In this document: positions 57,822-64,000 of the stretch, piece by piece
Position numbering within the stretch: position 1 is the first letter of the stretch
Layout: each line of letters starts with the position of its first letter
Origin: an uncultured virus (IMG/VR IMGVR_UViG_2648501187_000001)
Taxonomy: Duplodnaviria; Heunggongvirae; Uroviricota; Caudoviricetes
IMG/VR virus record: IMGVR_UViG_2648501187_000001
Length of the DNA stretch: 64,000 nt
Direction: 5' to 3' (one strand)
Notes under the pieces: model-generated
Seen by the model: only the letters and a program-made list of their open reading frames with translations
Databases searched by the model: none
Told to the model about the DNA's origin: nothing
Position numbers and translations under genes: made by a program

Positions 57822-58522
57822 TCCAGCTCCTTCCGGTCGTCGTCCCGCATGCTATGCGCCCGCCCGTCCGGCCACGCGTAGCCGCGCAGGCGGGCGGGAA
57901 AATATTTCAGGCGCGACCGGTACAGCAGCCACGTGCGCAGGAGGGTCGGTATCCCGTCCGACTTGCGCAGGTTGTGGCGGGCGCACAGGCCGACCAGATT
58001 GTGCCGGTCCGTGGCCCCGCCCCTCGACCACGGGTAATGGTGGTCCATATGCTCGATCGGCCCCCGGCATCGCAGCAGGCCGAACAGCCGCCGATGCTCG
58101 CACCGGCCGCCCGCCGCCATGCGGATCCACGTCCGGTCCGCGTCCGAGAACAGGCGGACCGGATCCCGGTCGAACGGGTTGTCGGGCTTCGGCATGCGCA
58201 GGTTCGCGAGGGCCAGGAGCGCGATCAGGACGACGGCCGCGGCCAGAATCGGGACGAGGCGCGCGCCCGACGCGTCCCGGATCTGACGGAGCATGCGCGC
58301 CAGCCCCGCCGCACGCTCCCCCGCATGCCACGGGTCCACGGCCGTGTCCGCCGCGTATTCGGGCGAATCCTCCGCCAGGCCGGTCCTGAGCCGGCGGGCC
58401 AGGAGCGTCCAGTACGCGCCCGCCAGGCCGCCCGCGCCGGCCAGCGCGCCCGCCGCGTACGAGGCGACGCGGAGCAGACGGTACGCCTCCCAGGCGCGGC
58501 GGATCGTGCGCCGCACGCTCAC
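57818..58522 (-). CDS. Membrane-anchored HNH endonuclease
   Basis: RDPVRLF, RCEH..C and DHHYPWSRGGAT..NLVGLCARHNLRKS motifs; two hydrophobic segments. Confidence 0.82.
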   Translation of the reverse strand: MSVRRTIRRAWEAYRLLRVASYAAGALAGAGGLAGAYWTLLARRLRTGLAEDSPEYAADTAVDPWHAGERAAGLARMLRQIRDASGARLVPILAAAVVLIALLALANLRMPKPDNPFDRDPVRLFSDADRTWIRMAAGGRCEHRRLFGLLRCRGPIEHMDHHYPWSRGGATDRHNLVGLCARHNLRKSDGIPTLLRTWLLYRSRLKYFPARLRGYAWPDGRAHSMRDDDRKELE

Positions 58523-58665
58523 AGCAGCCCGATCAGCCAGGACAGGAGCCGCCACACGGGGATGAGGAGGAACGAGCCCACGCCGATCAGGGCCGCCCAC
58601 GGCGACCACCGGTCCGTGTCCGACGCGAACCGGTCGCGTTCCCTGTCCTCCGATTCGCGGCTCAT
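58519..58665 (-). CDS. Small membrane peptide
   Basis: Coupled to both neighbours by ATGA/GTGA overlaps. Confidence 0.5.
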   Translation of the reverse strand: MSRESEDRERDRFASDTDRWSPWAALIGVGSFLLIPVWRLLSWLIGLL

Positions 58666-59423
58666 CGCAACGCCTCCATGTCCCCGTCGGACGCGAGCCC
58701 CATGCGATTGAGGAGCCGCAGCGCCCCGACCGCGTCCCCGTGCAGGTCCGACACCCATGCGGCGAGCGCGTCCCGGTCGGGCCGGTCGGGGAACAGGCCG
58801 GGCCAGACGCGCATGGCCGCGCGGATCACGCCCGTCGCCCCCTCCCGGTCGCCGTGCGCGTCCATGTCGAGGGCGCGCATGCCCGCCAACGCCAGATTGG
58901 CCGTCAACGCCAGGCCGGCCGTCCGCCGGGCGAACCCGATCTGCTCGCCGGCCGGATACCCGCCGGGCCAGGCTTTCAGCATGCGCGCGCGCATCCGTTC
59001 CGCGACCAGCATCGCCCCCGCGTCGTCCGCGTCCCCGTCGAGGGCGGCGAGCGTGCGGGCCGCCGCGTCCGCGTCCGACGGCGCGTCCTCCACGGACGCG
59101 TACCAGACGCCGTCCCCCGTGTCGGCGAGCAGGCCCATCGCGTCCAGGGCGACGGTGACGCGGGTCGCGTACCCCGGGTCCGTCTCATGCGGGTAGCGGG
59201 CCCAGATCTCGTCGGGCAGCCATGCGAACGGGAGGGCGAGCAGTTCCATGGTGCGCGGCGAATCCGGTCTGACGGCCATGGGTTCGGGTATGGGCAGCGG
59301 GCCCGTGCCGGGGGCGAGCAGCCATCCGGGCGGCGTGCCATGCCCCAGCTGGTAGGCGACGGCGGTCCGGTTGGCTTCGAGCAGTCGCGGGTCGGACAGG
59401 AGATACGGGTTGTGTTCGCTCAT
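58662..59423 (-). CDS. Hypothetical protein
   Basis: Operonic; GCATAG box and GGAGG before the ATG. Confidence 0.7.
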   Translation of the reverse strand: MSEHNPYLLSDPRLLEANRTAVAYQLGHGTPPGWLLAPGTGPLPIPEPMAVRPDSPRTMELLALPFAWLPDEIWARYPHETDPGYATRVTVALDAMGLLADTGDGVWYASVEDAPSDADAAARTLAALDGDADDAGAMLVAERMRARMLKAWPGGYPAGEQIGFARRTAGLALTANLALAGMRALDMDAHGDREGATGVIRAAMRVWPGLFPDRPDRDALAAWVSDLHGDAVGALRLLNRMGLASDGDMEALR

Positions 59424-62380
59424 GCGCCCCTCCTATGCCGCGCCGTGTTCGCCCGCTGTTCGGCGAGGAACCTCCGGTAGTTCGCGTCGTTGTTCTCGTC
59501 TGATATGTCGCCCCGCTGTTCGGCGCGGCTGAACCGGCGCTCCTCCGTGCCGCGCGCCCGTTCGCGTTCCAGGAGCACGCGCGTCGGCACGCGCGCCGGC
59601 TCGGGTATGCGGATCGGGCGGGCCGGCGTGGCGGCGCGCCCGGCCGCGGGCCGGTTCGTCCGGCCGCGCCGCCGCATGTCGTTCAGGAGGCGTTCGCCGA
59701 CGCGCATCAGCGTCCGCTCGTCCAACCCGTTGTTCACGGTCGGCTTGTTGCCTTTCCCGAAGCCGGCCAGGGGGGCGTTCTTCGACGGGGCGAGGGGCCG
59801 GGCGGGGGCGTCGGGGCGCGCCCCCGGACGGCCGGCCGGGGGCCGGGACGCGTCCGCCCGGCTCGCGGGGCCGTTCGCGGCGCGCATGCGCGACTGCGGG
59901 GAACCCTGGGCGAACGCGGGCCGGGACGGGGTTTTCGGCCCGTTCTTCGCCTGCTCGTGGATGTCCTCGGCGAGCTGTCTGATGTCCTCGGCCGCCGTGT
60001 CGGAGCGCATGATCTTCCTCACCTGGCTTTCGAGTTCGTCGCCCTGCAGGGATTTCGCCCATTCGGCGCGCACCTTGTTCTCGTATCGGACGGTCGCCAG
60101 CCGGTTCTCGTCCGGGGTGGGACGGTTCGCGAGATATTCGGTTCTCGCCCGCGCCTCCTTGTCTCTGGCGGCGATGGCCGCCTTGTCCGCCTGGCTGGGC
60201 CCGTGCCCGCCGGCCGACCGGCCGCCGCCCGTCATGCCGTGCATGGCCGGCCCCATGCCCGCCTTCACCCCGTTCATCGCGGTCCCGGCGAACCCGCCGC
60301 GCCCACCGTCCTTCATGGCCATGCCCGCGGAGCCGAGCGCCATGGCGGCCGAGCCGCCGGTCGCCACGCACACGCCCGCCGCGATCGCGGCGCCCGCGGC
60401 CATGGTCAGGCCCCGTTTCATGCCGTTGCCGAACCCGGCGAGCTGGGCGAGGCCGGGCAGGCTGAACGGGTTGCCGATCCTCCACACCTTCACGCACAGG
60501 AGCTTCACGGCCTTCACGTACAGGATCGGCAGGAAGATCGCCGCGACGAGCAGGCCCGCGACCCCGCCCTGCGTGTTCCCGTCCGCGTCGACCAGGCCCA
60601 GGAGGGCCATGCCGATGTTGGTGAACAGGATGCCGAGACTGCCGAACAGGGCGACGACCGTGGGGCCCGCCACCCATGCGAGCATCTGGACGAGCGCGTT
60701 GCCGACCGCCCGCCGGCCCGCGTCCGGGCTGACGGCGAGCAGGAGCAATGCGAGGAACAGGCCGAGCGCGGCCAGGCAGGCGACGAGCATGCTCAGCGTC
60801 TGCAGGCTGCCGCACAGCAATCCCCAGACGATCAGGTTCACCTCGCCGGCCACGCCGTTCAGGAACCCCTCCGACAGGGTGCCCAGGGAGCTTTTCCCGT
60901 GCTGCTGGTCGATGAGCCGGTAGGCGGCCGTGTTCTGCTGCATGTTCCCGCCGCCGTTCGTGAACACGAGCTGCTGCCAGCCGCTGGTCGCCGTGTTCAC
61001 GTCGAACAGGAGCGTCAGGTTCGCGATCTCGCTGCGCTTGTTCGTCTTGTCCGAATCGTCGGTGACGGGCTTCGCCTTGTCCGCGTCGCCGCGCGTCACA
61101 TAATACGTGTCGTTCCCGTCCGGGTCGATGCCGGTCAAAGCCGCCTCGCAGGAGGATGCGAGCGGCCCTCCCGCTTCCCGGCTGACGACGCCCGCCGCGG
61201 AGCCCGCCAGGGGTTTCCTCTCGATCGCGCCGACGAACTTGAAGCCCGCGCGCGCCTTGAACGAGCCGTCCGCATCCACCTTGCACACGTTCCACAGCAT
61301 GACCCACCGGTCGAGCATCTGGGTGGTGGAATCCGCGGGCAGTTTCAGCGTGTACTGGACGCGCAGGTCCTTCGCCGTGCTCATCATGGTCGGCCAGAAC
61401 GCGATCGCGTTCTGCTGGACGGCGTTCAAGCCGCCCATGCCCGCGGTCGTGATGTCGCTCATCGACTTCGCGTCCGCGCCCGCACGGTATTCCAGGATCC
61501 GGCAGAACACGTTGCTCGCGTTCGCGCCCGCCCCGTAGGAGCCGCGCATCCACACGCGCAATCCGGTCTCCTCCCACATGAGGTTCACGCCGTCCGACAT
61601 GGCGTTCCGGTTCTTGCGGGCCGCCTGGTTCAATACGGACGTGTACCGTCGGCAGGACGCCATGTTCGACTGGTCGGACGGGTCGGCGACCAGTCCGCCC
61701 GTCTTCTCCAACGCGCCGTTGAACGCCTTCGTGACGCCGCCGCCCGCCTCGTCGACCACGCTTTTCGCCGTGGACACCAGCCAGTACGGGGTGCCCGGGT
61801 ACGCGTCCGTCGGATGGGCGGCGCTCGTCGCGCCCATCATGTAGAACAGGCCGAGCGCGAGGAACAGGCAGACGAGCCGTCTGGCGAGCACGCCCGCCCC
61901 CTGCCGCATGTAGACGGCGACGACGCCCGCCACGATGGCGACGAGGACGGGGATGGCGAGGAAGAAGCCGATGGTCGCCGGATCGAACAGCGCCTTGTAG
62001 ATGCCGGCCGCCATCGTGTTCGCGGCCGGGCCGGCCAGGGCGATCGCCTTGTCCGACCCGGCCAGGACGCCGCCGTCGGCCAGGTTCGCGGCCGCCGCCC
62101 ACATGCCGTTGCCCAACGCGTTCATCAGGTGGCCGAACGAATTGCCGACGGCGTCCGTGAAGTTGAGCATGTTCACGATCTTCGACGCGAAATCCTCGCG
62201 GCTGGTGCCCGATATGGTGCCCGTCGCCCACCGGTCGACGGGCAGGCAGTCGAGCGCCCTGCAGACCACGTCCGTGTTGAGCGTGTCCGCGCTGGCGGGC
62301 GCGCCCGGCGTGACGCCCGCCCCCTGCCCGCCGCCCGCGTCCTGCGTGGCGAGCACGATCATGTCCGACATGAATCCCAT
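59420..62380 (-). CDS. Polytopic T4SS membrane protein (VirB6/TcpH-like)
   Basis: Multiple TM clusters, a Cys-containing extracellular loop and a charged C-terminal tail; SD GAAGGAGG. Confidence 0.65.
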   Translation of the reverse strand: MGFMSDMIVLATQDAGGGQGAGVTPGAPASADTLNTDVVCRALDCLPVDRWATGTISGTSREDFASKIVNMLNFTDAVGNSFGHLMNALGNGMWAAAANLADGGVLAGSDKAIALAGPAANTMAAGIYKALFDPATIGFFLAIPVLVAIVAGVVAVYMRQGAGVLARRLVCLFLALGLFYMMGATSAAHPTDAYPGTPYWLVSTAKSVVDEAGGGVTKAFNGALEKTGGLVADPSDQSNMASCRRYTSVLNQAARKNRNAMSDGVNLMWEETGLRVWMRGSYGAGANASNVFCRILEYRAGADAKSMSDITTAGMGGLNAVQQNAIAFWPTMMSTAKDLRVQYTLKLPADSTTQMLDRWVMLWNVCKVDADGSFKARAGFKFVGAIERKPLAGSAAGVVSREAGGPLASSCEAALTGIDPDGNDTYYVTRGDADKAKPVTDDSDKTNKRSEIANLTLLFDVNTATSGWQQLVFTNGGGNMQQNTAAYRLIDQQHGKSSLGTLSEGFLNGVAGEVNLIVWGLLCGSLQTLSMLVACLAALGLFLALLLLAVSPDAGRRAVGNALVQMLAWVAGPTVVALFGSLGILFTNIGMALLGLVDADGNTQGGVAGLLVAAIFLPILYVKAVKLLCVKVWRIGNPFSLPGLAQLAGFGNGMKRGLTMAAGAAIAAGVCVATGGSAAMALGSAGMAMKDGGRGGFAGTAMNGVKAGMGPAMHGMTGGGRSAGGHGPSQADKAAIAARDKEARARTEYLANRPTPDENRLATVRYENKVRAEWAKSLQGDELESQVRKIMRSDTAAEDIRQLAEDIHEQAKNGPKTPSRPAFAQGSPQSRMRAANGPASRADASRPPAGRPGARPDAPARPLAPSKNAPLAGFGKGNKPTVNNGLDERTLMRVGERLLNDMRRRGRTNRPAAGRAATPARPIRIPEPARVPTRVLLERERARGTEERRFSRAEQRGDISDENNDANYRRFLAEQRANTARHRRGA

Positions 62381-62399
62381 GCGGGATCCTCCTTCGTTG

Positions 62400-62795
62400 T
62401 CAGCGGTCGATCACGTGGTCGTGGAATTCGATGAGCTCGTAGCCGCCCGGATCGTATGGTTCGAGGCTTCCCGGACGGACGAACCGGCCGTCCATGCCGT
62501 GCCGGCGCGCCATGATCCGGTCGATGCGCCGCATGTTGCGCTCCCCCTCCACGCTGCGCCGGCGGACGAACAGGACGAGCGCGGCGACCATGCCCGCGGG
62601 GATCAGCAGGTACGGCCACCATTGGCCGGCGGCGGCCGGCAGCACGCGTACGAGCGTGGCGAGCGCCGCGCCCGCCACGGCGCCCGCCACGGCGATGAAC
62701 AGGTTCGTGCTGGACACCCATTGGCGTCCGCCCAGGTGCAGTTCGTCGACCTGGGAGACGCGCTGGCCGCTGACCGACGTCAGATCGAACAGCAT
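62400..62795 (-). CDS. Two-TM protein (PrgI/TcpE/VirB3-like)
   Basis: Size, topology and position between the pilin-like and VirB6-like genes. Confidence 0.5.
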   Translation of the reverse strand: MLFDLTSVSGQRVSQVDELHLGGRQWVSSTNLFIAVAGAVAGAALATLVRVLPAAAGQWWPYLLIPAGMVAALVLFVRRRSVEGERNMRRIDRIMARRHGMDGRFVRPGSLEPYDPGGYELIEFHDHVIDR

Positions 62796-62799
62796 GATC

Positions 62800-63153
62800 C
62801 TACAGTCCGAACACCTGGGAGATGACGTTCAACACGATCTGGAACAGCATGGCGACCAGTCCGGCGGCGAACGGGAGGATCTGGGAGGGCAGGATGCCGC
62901 ACAGGCCGAGCGTGATGCCCGCGCAGCACCATCCGACCGTGCCTCCCCCCTGCAGCGCCTGCCCGATCTGCGTGGACGGCCACCATTTGCGCAGGACGAG
63001 CAGCACGACGCAGGTGATGATCACGACCGCGCCGAGCAGGACGAGCAGGGTCGCGAGCGCCGCGTTGCCCGTCACAAAGCCGCACAGTTTCGCCACGCCG
63101 TCCATGATGGGCCGCACGATCTGGGGTGCGGCGGCGACTTCCACGCTTCGCAT
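62800..63153 (-). CDS. Small hydrophobic protein (VirB2/TcpD pilin-like)
   Basis: Three hydrophobic segments; SD GGAAAGGA; first gene of the T4SS membrane operon. Confidence 0.5.
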   Translation of the reverse strand: MRSVEVAAAPQIVRPIMDGVAKLCGFVTGNAALATLLVLLGAVVIITCVVLLVLRKWWPSTQIGQALQGGGTVGWCCAGITLGLCGILPSQILPFAAGLVAMLFQIVLNVISQVFGL

Positions 63154-63178
63154 GGCTTCCATCCTTTCCTTCCGACGT

Positions 63179-63220
63179 CATGATGCACGCCCCTATGCGG
63201 CATAGGGGGCGTGCATCATG
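63179..63220. promoter_or_regulatory. Near-perfect palindrome with divergent GCATAG boxes
   Basis: CATGATGCACGCCCCTATGC G GCATAGGGGGCGTGCATCATG. Confidence 0.75.
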
Positions 63221-64000
63221 CGAAGGAAAAGAATCGACGAGGACGCGGGCTGGCGCGCCCCCGACCCGAAACGCGACGGCGACCCGGACCGTCAGTTCTC
63301 GAGGCGCGCGTTCCGCCTCACCGGCCTGCGGCTGCTCAGATGGCAGCGGTGGATCGCGATCATGCTGCTCCTGATCGTCGCCTATCTCATGTCGAACCCG
63401 CCGGACGCGTCGAAGCCCGCCCCCGCCACGGACCTCGATCCCGCGGGACGCGTCGAATCATGGGCGTTGACGGAGCAATGGCTCGCCAAGGGCGCGTTGG
63501 GCGCGGACGCGCGGATCGTCAGCTGGAACGGACAATCCCACGCCACCGTGTCGGACGGGTCCAAGGACATGACATTGAGCGTGAACACGCTGATCGTGGA
63601 CTCCGCGGCCGGCTGGTGGCGGGTCAGGACCACGGTCACGCCCGACGGGCGCCTGTCCGGCTGGCCGAGCGTGGAACGACTCGGCCTGGCAGGCGCGGAC
63701 GACAGGGGCGATACGGGCATGTGGAAGGACACGCTCGGACAATTGACCGCGTCCGACATGCTGGACACGACCGTGCGCAAATGGGCGGACGCGTTCATGG
63801 GCTCCGATTCGGACATGCTGACCGTGCTCGTCAACGATCCGGATCCGAACGCCTGGTATCGGGCGCAGGGGCTCGGCAAGGTGACGGCGGCCACCATCGA
63901 CGGGGGCGCCTACCTGGACAAGGGGAACGTGGACCGTAACGAACGCAGGTCGGACCGGGCGGCGCTCAGGGCCACCGTCACCGTCGCGCACGCGGACGCG
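63218..64000 (+). CDS. Bitopic membrane protein, possibly TcpC/VirB8-like; runs off the window (absent from the ORF track)
   Basis: Hand translation MRRKRIDEDAGW...WIAIMLLLIVAYLM...VRKWADAFMGSDSDML; no stop seen before 64000. Confidence 0.65.
   Translation, partial: MRRKRIDEDAGWRAPDPKRDGDPDRQFSRRAFRLTGLRLLRWQRWIAIMLLLIVAYLMSNPPDASKPAPATDLDPAGRVESWALTEQWLAKGALGADARIVSWNGQSHATVSDGSKDMTLSVNTLIVDSAAGWWRVRTTVTPDGRLSGWPSVERLGLAGADDRGDTGMWKDTLGQLTASDMLDTTVRKWADAFMGSDSDMLTVLVNDPDPNAWYRAQGLGKVTAATIDGGAYLDKGNVDRNERRSDRAALRATVTVAHADA

Noticed and set aside
51976..58522. Methylase + HNH as a restriction-modification system
   Set aside because: The genes are not adjacent and lie in different operons; the HNH is membrane-anchored and linked to T4SS genes.

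Overview
A GC-rich segment of a large conjugative element (megaplasmid or ICE) of an actinobacterium, most likely Bifidobacterium. The host is inferred from LAXTG/LPFTG sortase substrates, a class C sortase and gene style. Contents: (1) cell-surface cargo: an InlB-B-repeat adhesin, sortase C, a CAP coiled-coil protein, a thioester-domain adhesin and a tandem pair of variable membrane proteins. (2) A dispersed Gram-positive T4SS: FtsK/TcpA and VirD4-like ATPases, an intein-split VirB4, a lysozyme-CHAP hydrolase, and VirB6-, PrgI-, pilin- and TcpC-like genes. (3) A phage-like DNA metabolism kit: beta clamp, PIF1 helicase, SSB, PD-(D/E)XK and HNH nucleases, oligoribonuclease, ParA, a split C5 methyltransferase and an N6/N4 methyltransferase. 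(4) An intact IS607 (TnpA+TnpB). Three signals stand out. First, a non-canonical promoter-like box CGCATA[C/G] sits 7-10 nt before the ATG of about 17 genes and ahead of SD leaders of about 15 more, alongside a candidate sigma-region-2 protein (19165-20115); this suggests an element-private, largely leaderless transcription system. Second, a shared N-terminal tag (DRNxRxHRxxGLPQGxAGTF) occurs on four otherwise unrelated proteins. Third, two copies of a ~300-bp nested-cruciform element carry 11 ATGCAT sites each and are coupled to XRE regulators. No CRISPR array, rRNA or tRNA was seen. All function calls come from motif recognition by eye; no database searches were run.
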